Below are positions 50,685 to 63,374 of a DNA stretch of 64,000 nt, piece by piece (position 1 is the first letter of the stretch; each line of letters begins with the position of its first letter). The stretch covers positions 2,480,001 through 2,544,000 of the forward strand of contig NW_027139559.1 in assembly GCF_035084215.1 (NCBI RefSeq). The letters are read 5' to 3'. The notes under the pieces are model-generated. The model saw only the letters and a list, made by a program, of their open reading frames with translations. It was not told the DNA's origin and searched no databases. The position numbers were made by a program, and so were the translations under genes. The DNA comes from Heptranchias perlo (Eukaryota).

Positions 50685-51064
50685 ATCGAGGGAAACCTCC
50701 AGTGGGATCAGGGAACGGCAGCAGCATTGACATTACTTCCAGTCATTTGGACAGCCCGCAATTCCCTTCACTGTAATGTGTGTGCTGCACTAATTAATTC
50801 CAAAGGATATTGCAAGTGTTTTCAAATGAAACAGCCCAACGATTGGTGTAATATTATGTTCATATTTCTATCTAACAATATACTGTAAGCCGGACTCTGA
50901 CTGCCTCACTGCAGCACGTTAAACAGAAGGAGCTTCAGTTTCCCTTCTGTTTTGTGACACGGTTCACTCCTGTCGATGCACCAACTCAATACCAAGAATT
51001 CTCAAACATGCTTCAAGGGTTTGCATTGCTCCCTGCGATCAAAACACGTGGTATCATATTGTCA

Positions 51065-53720
51065 TATTATGTTTCAGCACTGGAGGAGGCCATTCGGCCC
51101 ATTGTTCCTTTGCCGGTTCTTTGAAAAAGCTATCCATTTCGTCCCGTTCCCCTATTCTTTCCCCGTACCTTTCGATTTGTTTTCATTTCAAGTATTCATA
51201 CAATTCCCCTTTTGAAAGTTACTATTGAACCTGCTTCCACCACCCTTTCAAGCACTGCATTTAAGACCATTAAAACTCGCTGTGTAAAAAAATGTTTCCT
51301 CATGACCGTTCATGATTTTGAACACCTCTATGATATCTTCCCTACACCTTTTTTGAAAAACCCCGGCTTCTCCAATCTCTACACATAACTGAAATGCAGC
51401 ATCCCTAGTATCTATTCAATCTCTTCTGAGCCCTCTCGAAAGCATTGACATCTTTCCTAAAGTGTGGTGCCCAGAATTGAAAACAATATTCCAGTTGCGG
51501 CATTACGGGAGTTTTCTAATGGTTTGGTATAACTTCCTTAATTTTGAACTTGATGCTTCTAGTAATAAAGCTCAGGATCCCCTATGTCTTTTAATAGCCT
51601 TCTCAACTTGTCCTGCCACTTTCAAATATTTGTGTATGTGCACCTTTAGCTCTCTCTGTTCCTGCACCTCTTTGAAATTGTACCATTTAGTTTTTATTAC
51701 CTCTCCACATTCTTCCAACCCAAATATATCCACTTGCACTTCTCTGTGTTAAATTTAATCTGCCATGTGTCTGCCCATTTCACCAGTCTGTCTATGTCCT
51801 CCTGAAGTCTGCTGCTATCCTCCACATTGTTTGCTACATTTCCCTGTCATCTGCAAACTTTGAAATTATACCATCCATACCGATGTCCAGGTCATTAACA
51901 TATAGCAAAAAGAACTGTGGTCCTAATACTGACCCCTGGGGAACACCACTGTATACTTCACACCAGTCTGAAAAACAACCGTTCACCACTACTTTCTGCT
52001 TGCTGTCTCTTAGCCAATTTTGTATTCACGCTGCAATTGTCCCATTAATCCCACGGGCTTTAATTTTGGTAAAAGGTATATTAAGTGTTACTTTATCAAA
52101 TGCCCTTTGAAAGTCCATTTCCACAATATCAACTGCACCACCCTCGTCAACCCTCTCCACTACTTCATGAAATAACTTAATCAAGTTAGTCAAACACGAT
52201 TTTCCTTCAACAAATCCGTGCTGACTTTATCTTATTAAACTTTTCCAAGTGATAATTACGTTTGTCCCAGATTATTGTCCCTAAATGTTGCCCCATCGCC
52301 GACGTTAGGCTGACTGACCTGTAATTACCTTCTTTTCCCCCTTGGTGAACAGACGTGTGACAGATGCAACGTTTTCCTTTCGTTCCTCAGCCATGCTATC
52401 TGCCTCCACAAGAACATCTCCTTTTATTGTCCCTGACCACTCCCACCCTTCCTTTGACTACTCTTTTACTATTTATACAATTATAAGAGACTTTTGTCTT
52501 CCCTTTTATGTGAGCCACTAATCTATTCTCATATTCTCTTTACCCCTCTTATTCCCATTTTTAGATCTCCTCTGTACTTTCTGTATTCAGCCTAGTTCTC
52601 AACTGTTTTATGAACCGAACATTTGTCATAAGCCTTCTTTTTCTGTTTCATTTTAGTCTCAGTATCTTTAGTCATGCTAGGATCTCTCGCTTTCCATGCC
52701 CTTCCTTTCTACCTCTCAGTGATGTGTCTACTCTGTACCGGAAACCAACTCCTCCTTGACCTTTCCCATAACTATTGTAAACCTAATGATATTATGATCA
52801 GTGTTCGCCAAATTCTGCCCCACTGAAACATGCTCCACCTGCCCAATTTCATTGCCCAGAAACAGACCCAGCATTGTTTCCTTTCTCGGTGGGCAAGAAA
52901 CACATTGTCCCATAAAGTTCTCTTGTACACATTTCATGAACTCCTTCCCCACTTTGCCCTTGAAACTCTTTAATATCCCATTCTATATTGGGATAATTGA
53001 ATCCCCCATTATCACCACTCTATAGTTCTTGCAACTTTCTGTAATTTGCCCACAATTTTGCTCCTCAATCTCCTTCCCACTATTTGGTGGCCTACAGTAT
53101 ACATCCAGTTGCGTAATAGATTCTCTGTTGTATCTTAATTTGAAACAAATAGATTCTTTCTTGGACCTCTCCACTACATCATCCCTTTCCAGTGCTATAA
53201 TAGTATATTCGATCAATACTGCCCCTCTTTTCTTCCCTTCCCTATCTTTCCTGAATGCCATGTGGCGAGGAATATTAAGCACGCAATCCTCCCCTTCTTT
53301 GAGCAAGGTTTCTGTTATTACCACTAGATCATTGAACCATTTGGCGACTTGAGTCTGCAGCTCACCAACCTGGTTTGCCACGTTACGTGCATTTAGGCAT
53401 ATGCACTCCAAACTCGTCTTAGACTGCTTTGGATTTGCCCCTGTCTGATCCCTCCTATTTCTGAACTCTCTACTCTAGTGTTTTTTGACCCTCCCAGTCC
53501 TCTGTGTACTTTGTTTCTCCTCTCTATTGTTTCCTTCTGGTGCTTATCCCGCTGCCAATTTAATTTAAACGCTCCCCCGCTGCACTAGTTAGCCTCCCCG
53601 CGAGGACATTGGTCCCAGCTCTATTGAGGTGCAACCCGTCCATTTTGAACAGATCCCTCCTGCCCCAGAACTGATCCCAATGCCCCAAGAATCTGAAGCC
53701 CTCCCTCTTGCACCATTTCT
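51065..53720 (-). mobile_element. Long, internally deleted CR1 (ORF1 end, APE endonuclease, RT, tail)
   Basis: ORF 52983-53411 reads CLNARNV..ITET..RKDREG..YCRPPNS..VIMGD. RT motifs lie downstream and DGLHLN lies upstream. Confidence 0.9.
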
Positions 53721-54139
53721 CCATCTGTTTGAATGTGGGCGCTCAGGCTCGTAATTGAATTGGGGATTTATGTATTTAGGATGGGAAAACATCGGGCTTT
53801 TCCCGAACACCTCAGGTGGAGTAATGTAACCATAGACAAGGGCTTGAAATAACCTCCGTTTCACTGAGAAGAAGAATCTTTAAAGGTTTCAGATGATGAC
53901 AAAACTGACACCTTTCTGTTTGAAGAGCGCAACCCGAGGTATCGGGACCTGGACAATATTGGAATAGGTTGTGACAAGTATGAAGCAGAAGCTCGACTGA
54001 AATCCACATCCCCAGGAGTCTGTGGGCTGCGGTGGGGATTCCAGTTTCTGCTCCGTTCATTACATTCAATTATTATCCATTCCAGAGAGTTTCACTTTGA
54101 TGTTTCCTGTGGTATTATAATAGCTCACGCCTTGGACAA

Positions 54140-55250
54140 TAGAAACATTAGGAACAGGAGTAGGCCATTCAACCCGTCGGGCCTGTTGTAACATTCAGTT
54201 CGATCATGGCTGATCTGCGCCTTAAATCCATTTTACCACCTTTGCTCCCGATCCCTTGCTACCCTAAACTAACAGAAATCGATCTATCCCAGTGTTGATA
54301 ACTGCAATTGACCCCCAGTCTCCACAGCTTTTGGGAGAAAGAGTTCCAAATTTTAACTGACCTTCGTACAAAAAAATGCTTCCTGATTTCGCTCCTGAAT
54401 GGCCTCGAATTAATTTTAAGTTTATGTCCCCTTGTTCTTGATTTCCCCACCAAAGGAAATAATTTCTCCGCATCTACCCGATTGCATCGTTTTTCATTTT
54501 AAACACCTCGATCAGACCATCACTCGATCTCCTATACTCAAGTGATTACAAGCTATATTTATGCAAAAAGCTCTCAAAACTAACCGTCTCAGCCCCGGTA
54601 TCATTCTGGTGAATCTGCACTGCACCCGTTCCAAGGCCAAAATATCCTTTCTGAGGCGTTGTGCTGAACACAGTCCGCTGAATGGGCTGTGAACAAGGCT
54701 CCATATAATTGAACCATCACTGCATCACATTTGTATTCCAGCCCCCTTGAGATAAAGGCCAACATATCACAAGACTTTTTAATTGCTTTCTCTACCTGCC
54801 TTTCAATGATTTATGTGCTTGGACTCCCAAATCTCTGTGCTCCTCTACAATCCCTAGCTTCTCACCATTCAGAAAATTCGCCGATTTATGTGTCCAAAGT
54901 TGATGACCTCACACTTGCCCACTTTGAACTCTATTTACCATAGTTTTGTGCATTCTCTTCATCTGTCTATGCGCCTTTGCAACTTCCTGCTCCCTTTTTC
55001 ACTTACTGTCCGTCCTAACTTCGTCACATCTGCAAACTTGGATATCCAACCCTGTATCCCTTCATCGCAGTCATTATAAATATGGTGGAGAGTTGAAGCC
55101 CCAGAACAGAACTCTGGGGAACATCACTGTCACATCCCGCCAATCAGAATACCTAAACTTTATCCCCACTCTCTGCCTCCGACATCCCAACTAATGTTCA
55201 ACCCAAGTCAAATGGCTCGCTCCAATTCCGTGCCCTCTCATTTTGGCAAA
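54140..55250 (-). mobile_element. CR1 3' fragment
   Basis: KFADVTK and SRTRGHKLKI..RPFRSEIRKHFF motifs, plus the tail. Confidence 0.85.
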
Positions 55251-57084
55251 AATAATTCTTTCCCATTTTTTAAATTTCCCGCGAGTTGAATATTAACAAC
55301 CTCGCAAAATATTCCCTGCCGAAATTAAACACACATTACAGGGCATGTGTTAAGTGCACAGCAAGAAACCCGCGATTTTTAACAGTGAGAATACACATAT
55401 TAACACTGAGCGCCAGATCTGAATCGAACCCATTACCCCGAGGTTCCGGGACCCCCACCACACTCATACACTCTCACACATACACTGCGTTCATATTCAA
55501 TACCAAATGAAAATCAGAAAATAGTAATCACGCCCAGTGGAATGAGAGAATGTTCGTATTGGACAGAACAGGAAGAGACCATTCGGCCCGTCGGGGCCCG
55601 CAGTAAATTATGTTCGCTCTCTCTGCTCTGTGTTGCTCTCAGTATAGATTTTCAGTTCACCAATTTGTCTTTTCCTCTCTCTCTATTTTACGGACTGAGT
55701 GTGGAAGAGGTTCGTTTTGGCGGCTAATCATTTCGATCAATTATTTGAACATAGTTTATTTTGATTGTAAATTTCTCGGAGACCTAGCGGGAGTTCAGCT
55801 GTCAGTTTTCTGAAAGATTTATTTCGATTTGCGAAGCCGAAGGGCCAACTTGGTAAAAGAACAGATAATCAATTAAATGACCAACATCCACAAAGTGAAA
55901 GCAAGAGACAGAAAGAAGTAAAGGCTTTAATGAACACTGTTCCGGGTTTTAGATCATTTGGTGATCGTGGTCTAATAAAGAAGGCATCTGATTTCGCTCT
56001 TAATCGTGATGTCATCACAAGATTGCAGGTTCCAGTCCTGCTGTGGTCGGTTTGCACACTGGTTGATAAAGTGTTCAACATGGGTCGGAACTGTTTTACA
56101 TCCGACCATTTCTAACTGTCCCAGAAAAGACTTGAGGTAAATACATACATTGCTTGTCTTCCTGACTGTGGGATTTCAACATTGTCGATCTGGGTGCACG
56201 GGCAGGACATTTTGTACCGGTGACTTAATTCACACTGTTTGGATTCAGAAAGAAGGAAATAAAACGGCTTTTGGAAGCAACCGGTGCATCGAGGTGGCCG
56301 AAACCTTGAGGTGATGCTGATCTCCTGCGCTCTGACCTCTGATCTAACTCGTTCCTCGGACATTCCCCACAATTAATTCTGCTTCTGGATTAATTCGAAT
56401 ATGATGATGAGGAGGATTATTATCGTTATTTTCATTATATTCGTTACTGTTTTTCATTTTCCCCATTTCCTTGCACAATGTATTTAATTTGTGAGGATCT
56501 CTTTTGCGTTGTTATTTGCCAAAGCTGCATTTCTGCCTGTCCCTTTGTCTGCACGTGCTGTATTCCCAACAGCACATTTCAAATACAAGGGGCTGAGAAT
56601 GTCGAATGAAAACTCTTTCTCTAACATTAGGGAGTTGCTGTTTAGTATTAGAGCTGAGCGCAACAATTGTAAGGATCTGCTGCCCCTCAATTTCTCTGCC
56701 CGTCCAGTAAACCGGGTACATCGAGGAGGCGGTTTGTAGATCGAGACCAGCTTTTGTCACGGGCACTGATTTTCCATGAAATCTAGAATTCTCTCCCCGA
56801 AAAGGCTGTGGTCACTCCATGAAATGAAAATATCAGTACTGAGATCGAGAGATTTTTGTTGGTTCAGGTTATCAGAGAGTGTCGAGAACAGACGGGTAAA
56901 TGGAGCTGAGGTACAGATCAGCGAGGAACTAGTTGAATGATGGACCAGGCTCGAGCAGATGAATCGCTTCCATTTGTTCCTAAGTAGAGATCAGCCAAGA
57001 TCTAATTGAATGGCTGAACGGACTCGATGGGCTGAATGGCCTCCTCCTGTGCTGCACCGAATATGATCCTGTGATATCCCCGCG

Positions 57085-57490
57085 CTCCGGGCTCCTGCCC
57101 TGTGACTGTTCCATGGGGCAGTGTAGAGTCAGCTTTGCTCTGTAACTAACCCGTGCTGTACCTTCCCTGTGACTGTTCCATGGGGCAGTGTAGAGGGAGA
57201 TTTAGTCTGTAATCTAACCCGCGCTGTACATGCCCTGTGACTGTTCCATGGGGCAGTGTAGAGGGAGATTTAGTCTGTAATCTAACTCGTGCTGCACCTG
57301 CCCTTGGAGTGTTTGATGGGACAGTTTAGAGGCAGCATTACTTTGTATTTAATCCGGACTGTCCATGCCCTGTGAATGTTTGATGGGGCAGTGAAGAGGG
57401 AGATTTACTCTGTAATCAAACTGGTGCTGTACCTACCCTGGGTGTGTTTGAAGGGACATTGTTGAGGGAGCTTTACTCCCCATCCAACCC
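57085..57490. repeat. ~67-68-bp minisatellite, about 6 copies
   Basis: ctgtgactgttccatggggcagtgtagag starts at 57100, 57167, 57235 and onward. Confidence 0.9.
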
Positions 57491-57752
57491 CAGCTTCCCA
57501 GTTCTCACAATATACATCAAACCCAACTAAGACCTTCTCTCCATGCCTCTCAAACCCACCTTTCAAGCTTCTCACAATATCCCTCAACCCCCATCTCTCA
57601 GTCTGCTGTCGAAGCTCTGTAGCTTTTTTTCGATGTTTGGCTGATAAAAACGTGCCGTGTAAAACCCCATGGAAAATCTATGGGAAGTGAAAATCTACCG
57701 AAAGTCTTGACTGGTCGGTTCAGCACTCAGCAAAATTAATATTGCTGATTTT

Positions 57753-57844
57753 AGCTCTGTGACTCAATGGATAGCGCATTGATACGTCATTGTGAGTAAA
57801 TGAAGCGGTTTTAAAGGTTGTGGGTTCGATTCCCACTGGCGTTG
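57753..57844 (+). pseudogene. Degenerate intron-containing tRNA-Arg(TCT)-like pseudogene
   Basis: gctctgtgactcaatggatagcgcattg...aaaggttgtgggttcgattcccac matches the vertebrate tRNA-Arg(TCT) 5' and 3' halves with an intron-length middle. The anticodon and acceptor stem are disrupted. Confidence 0.65.
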
Positions 57845-57964
57845 TAATTTAGATAACGGCTCCATAGTAATGATACTGAAGGGTGGGACCTTGTAATAAA
57901 AACCCAAGCTGTTCACTGATGTCCAACATGGAAGGTAAACAGCCACCCAGACGCTTCCTGTTTT

Positions 57965-59220
57965 AAGAACATGAGAAATAGGAGCAGGAGTCGGTCAGAA
58001 GGCCCCTCGAGCCTGCTCCGTCATTCAATCAGATCATGGCTGATCTTCTACCTCAACTCCACTTTCCCGCCCGATCCCCATATCCCTTGATTCTCCTTGA
58101 GTACAAAAATATTTCTATGTCAGCCTTGAATATATTCAATGAATCAGCATCCACAGCCATCTGGGGTAAAGAATTCCAAATTTCACAACCCTCTGCGTGA
58201 ACATATTCCTCCTCATCACAGTCTTGAATGACCGACCACTTGTCCTGCGACTATGCCCGTGGTTCTATTCCATCTAACTAGGGGAAACAATCTCTCAGCA
58301 CCTAACCTGTCAAACCCCCTCATAATCTTTTATGTTTTAATGAGATCGTCTCTCATTTTTCTAAACTTCAGAGAGTATAGGCCCATTCTACTCAACCTCT
58401 CTTTTTAGGACAACCATCTCATCCCAGGAATTAATCTAGTCAACCTGCGTTGCACTGTCTCCAAGGCAAGTATATCCTTCCTTAGATAAGGAGAGCAAAA
58501 CTGTTCGCAGTACTGCAGGAGAGGTCTCACCAAAGCCCTCACAACTGCAATAACACTTCCTTACTCTTGTCCTCCAACCCCCTTGCAATGAAGGCCAACA
58601 TGCCATTTGCTTTCCTAATTGCTTGCTGTGCCCACGTAATAATTTTTTTGACCTAGGTCACCCAAGTCTCTCTGAAGACCAACGTTTAATAGATTCTCAA
58701 CATTGAAACAATATTCTGTTCTTCTATTCTGACTGCCAAAGTGAATAACTTCACATTTCTCCACGTTATACTCTATCTGCCACCTTCTTGCCCACTCAGT
58801 AAATCTTTTTATATCCCTTTGCAGATTCTTTGTCTCCTCCTCACAACTTGCTTTGCCGCCGAGCTTTGTATCGTCAGCAAAGGTGGATGCAGTCCACTCG
58901 TTCCCTTTATCTAATTCATGAATATAGATTGTAAATAACTTAGGCCCAAGCACCGATCCTTGCGACACCTCACTAATTACAGACTGCCAACCTGAGAATG
59001 ACCCGTTATCCTTGCTCTCTTCTTTCTCTCCGTTAACCAATCTTCTATCCATGCTAATATATTACCCCCAACCCCATGCGCCCTTACCGAATGGAACAAT
59101 CTTTTATGTGGCAACTTATCGAATGCCTTTTGAAAATCCATGTAAACTACAGCCACTGGTTCCCCTTGATCTACCCTGCTGGTTACATCCTCAAACAACT
59201 CCAATAAATTTGTCAAACAA
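57965..59220 (-). mobile_element. CR1 RT and 3' fragment
   Basis: Motifs CLTNLLELFE, YMDFQKAFDK, SQGSVLGP and FADDTKL. Confidence 0.9.
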
Positions 59221-59749
59221 GGGGCTCCAGTCCCACTCGACTTTCTTGATACTTCATTCCCTTTGATCTGGATTGGCGAATCGCTCTTAAAGAGGAGGCT
59301 GATCGCCAGCTCAGGGGATTCATAGAGAAGAAATGAAAACATGGCCAGATCAAAGTGAATCTGCTGTGCTCCCATTCCAATCACTGCACTCAAACCCCAT
59401 TCAGTCTCACTGCCCGTCTGGACATTATAATCTCCAGGCAGTAAAGATCACCTCACCGTATTGAAACACCTCTTGATGAAACTCTTTGAACGGGATCCAA
59501 TGTCCGCGGAAACCTCGCTTACACACTGAAATCCCCCAGGATAATGTGACACTTCAGCCAGTTTCTTTGTTTGAACACAGAGACGGATGGAGTGCGGGCG
59601 GGGTCGCAACATGTGAGGAAATCACGTTCGATACAGACAGAGGGGGAGAGAAACGGGATAAATTAGAAAATGAGAAGTCGGTGTAATTAAACTGAGTTTT
59701 CAGTCCTGAGAAGTATCGGCGGAAGGGAAGAGTGATGGAACGAGGAAAA

Positions 59750-60480
59750 GCAATATAAACTAAAGGGTCCAATTCTAATAGGGGTGCAGGAACAGAGAGA
59801 TCTGCGGGTCTATGTACACAAATCATTGAAGATGGTAGGGCAGGTTGAGAAAGCGGTTAAGAAAGCATACGGGAACCTGGGCTTTATAAATAGATGCAGA
59901 GAGTTCAAAAGCAGGGAGGTTATGTTGAACCTTTCTAAAGGAGCGGTTGAGCCACAACTAGAGTATTGTTTCTAGTTCTGGGCACCGCACATTCGGAAGG
60001 ATGTGAAGGCCTTTGAGAGGGTGCAGAAGAGATTTCCTGGAATGATTCCAGGGATGAGGGAATTCAGTTCCGTGCATAGACTGGACAAGCTGGGGTTGTT
60101 CTGCAAAGAGCCAGAAGTTTGAGAGGAGATTTGATCGAGGTATTCAACGTCATGAAGGGTATGGACAGAGTAGATAGAGAGAAACTGTTCCAATTGGCGG
60201 AGGGGTCAAGTACCAGAGGACATAGATTTAAGGTCATGTGCAAAAGAACCAAAGGCGACACGAGAAAAAAGTTTTTGACACAGCGATGGTTGTGATCTGG
60301 AATGCAGTGCCTGAGGGGGTGGTGGAGGCAGATTCACTCGTGGCTTTCAAAAGCGAATTGGATCAGTACTTGAAGGGAAAATAATGCAGAGCTTCGAGTA
60401 CAGAGGGGGGAAATGGGATCAGCTGGATTGCACTTGCAGAGAGCCGGCACGGAGTCGACGGGCCGAATGGCCTCCTTCTG
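59750..60480 (+). mobile_element. CR1 3' fragment
   Basis: EQRDL.V.VHKSLK...LEYC motif and the tail gggccgaatggcctccttctg. Confidence 0.88.
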
Positions 60481-61184
60481 CGGTTAATTCACTCCCTGCA
60501 GTTTGAAACACTCCGTTTTTCTTATATTGAGAAGAATATTGTTACTCTACCTGAAAAAAACAATTTGTAATTTCACTTCCTGTCCGGTCTCGAGAATGAG
60601 GGGATGAAACTTTTGAAATTGTCGAATGTTTTCCTATTGAAGTGAAGTGAACCGTGTAAATCCGGTTAAACCGGCGGGTCGGAAATCCCTTAGATTTAGA
60701 ATCCAGCTCTTCAACCTCGTCGCTAAAACAGCTCTGGTTTAAGAATTAAAGTCGTTGACCAGAAGCGGTCCCGCGGTGTTGGTCTGTGTTTAATCGCCAC
60801 CATGAATGATTAGCTCTACCCGAGAATCAGTTTGTCCAACGTCCTCACAGAAAGATTCGTTCCCTCCTCTCTAATTGATTGGGGAAAATACAGAATATCA
60901 GCGAACAGCTGAATTTTTATTCCGCAATTGATTTTTATTATTTAATGGAAATATAAAGGAGCAGGGGGCACTTTAACCTCACGGAGATGATTCGATGCAA
61001 TTGGAAACCCGTGGATGGGAATCTGTGGAACTAATTTAACTCGGCAGTCAACACAGAGAGGCTGGGAAGCAAAACGAAGGTCTTCTGGAGGCTGCCAATG
61101 AGGAGGAGGAAACATTGCTCTCACTGCTCTCTGAAGCACAACGGGTGGAAAAATGGGAGCAAAGAAACAAACAACATGAACTAA

Positions 61185-61257
61185 AGGCACCGCTGGGATT
61201 TGAACCCAGGATCCCCTGTTTACAAGACAGGTGCTTTAACCACTGAGCCACGGCGCC
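61185..61257 (-). tRNA. tRNA-Thr-TGT: tRNA-Thr (anticodon TGT)
   Basis: 73-nt cloverleaf GGCGCCG TG GCTC AGTGGTTA AAGC A CCTGT CTTGTAA ACAGG GGATC CTGGG TTCAAAT CCCAG CGGTGCC T, with one D-stem mismatch. Confidence 0.9.
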
Positions 61258-63374
61258 CACATTGGTGCCAACTTTTCCAAAAACGTTATGGTATTGATAC
61301 CTTTGCCAAGCGACTTTGTTGAGCCTTCCCCTTCAGTGCGTCTGCGTAACAACCTCTATCTTTTGTTCAACGGTCTCAGCCTGAGAAACCATGGATATCA
61401 GTCATGACCTTCTCTTCCTTGTCCCCTGTCAGCACATCTTATATCTCGCCCTATTCATCCTGTTTTATTCCCACACTCTCTCCACACTATCTGGTCTTAC
61501 CCAATTGCATTTATGATCTCTTCCCACGAAATGTTGGTGAGCACTGTATGTGATACACCCGGCCCTGACCTCCTCCTGTGGGTGACCTCCGACAACTACT
61601 GCACAATAGTTTAACGTGTGTTTGTTTTACATTATGAAATGTGTATTAGCGCTAGTCTACCCGGTGTAACTATTCTCACACAAACGGCAATTTTGCTTCA
61701 GATCATTTCAATTTTAGAAAGTCTTACTGGATAAGACAAGTTGGACATTCAAAATTTGGTGAAGAGACGTTGATATTGTTTACTTGAAATAATTAGTGTA
61801 CAACTCGATGATGCTGTACATCGGAATAGAAAGCGAGATTGAATGTACAGGAACCGTCTGAAAGGATGGCTGATCGGCTGTGGGTGGCAGCGAAGTTTTA
61901 CATGGCTGCATGGTCAATTGCCAGCGTTTCGTTGAACTTCGGGTCTTATTTTCACTTTGAGGTTTTCACTGATTGATAAATGAGAAGTCCGGAGATCGAA
62001 TCCCAGTTAAGTCCCACTACGCTTCCATTTTAAGTTAAAAATCTCCAATTGGCGTCTCAGATTTTTTCATAGCTGCAGACGGCAGGTACGTCTTTTTCCA
62101 AGAAAGATGGCAGTGATGGATAGAAGGAAGGAAGATGGGAGGGAGCAGAAATAAACTCGACTGAAAAGGAACAAAAGACTGAGCCTGAGAGTGAGATGGC
62201 AGGACAGAAGCTGAGAGGCTGAAGTCTGTGACTTTTCTCAGTCACTTCTTGCTGGCTCGTACTTTATTTACCTTCATTGTCCAATCGTAATTGGCTGCGA
62301 CACGATTAATGGTGCAAATACAGCGAATTGGCGATCGCCGTTGACGGCAACAGTGGGCTGATCGACGAAAACAACTTTTATCGTTTAATCGAGCCTTTCG
62401 GAGGAGCGGCGGAAATGTTCCAGAAATTCGTGGGCAAATCACAAATTCCCGTATCGCACTTTCTGCAACATTTACCTATCGATAATGGCGCACGCTGTGA
62501 ATTCATCATTGTGGCTCGAGGTCCCAGCAATTGCAGGATTAGAATGATAATGAAATAATTCTGGTCCGATAACAGTGAGACCTTGTTCAGCTCCGGGTTC
62601 CAACAGCCTTCTCTGTCCCTGCTCTGTCCACTTATCCCAGTTATCCACAAAGAAAATGTGACCGGTCCAGTATTGTAAAAAACTGGTGAAAGAGAAAATC
62701 TGTCTTCTTCACCCGGAGAGAACAAGCGTCGAACAGGGAACCAAAGCAAATAGCGGCAGGGAACAGGCCTGGAGATCTCAGTGAATCATCCGTCGGTGAT
62801 ATTAACCTCTCGATCAGGTCAATAAACACCAGACAGTTGTTTCTATCTCTCTGCCTGGTGCTGAATCCAGATATAAAAGGTGGTCCCTGGGGCAATTGGT
62901 GAAAGCAGAGGGAAACCAATCAGGGAGAAAACAGTGTCGGGGACCGAGACCAGACCGGGATCCTGAGCCACACGGGCTGGATCCAATCACTGAGCAGCTC
63001 ATCGATTCAACCACCTTCGCGCTTCCCCCTCGGATCAGTTTCACCAAAACCGCTTCCTGTTTCTTGGTGAAATTCAAACTGATCGAGCGGATCAAAAATA
63101 AAAATCGAACTCATATTTCTCCAGTGGCGCAGTCGGCAAGATCTGGTTCCAGATCCTATTCCTGATTCTTCGAACACTAATCCCTGACTCACCAGCACGG
63201 GACGCAAAGACAATTCTGATTGAACAGCAAAAACTGACGGTTTTCAATAAAGACCCGAGGACGAGATTTACTGCAGCGCTCACTGAAACCTCTGAGGGGA
63301 AACAACGTGGGATTTGAAGGATTCCTCAAAATATTAAGGTACCTGATTTCAGTGAACACTCGGGAATGTGCTCC

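Noticed and set aside
62600-62700. 'LWITGISG' on the minus strand as an Ig light-chain leader
   Set aside because: There is no suitable ATG or GT donor and no V exon downstream.
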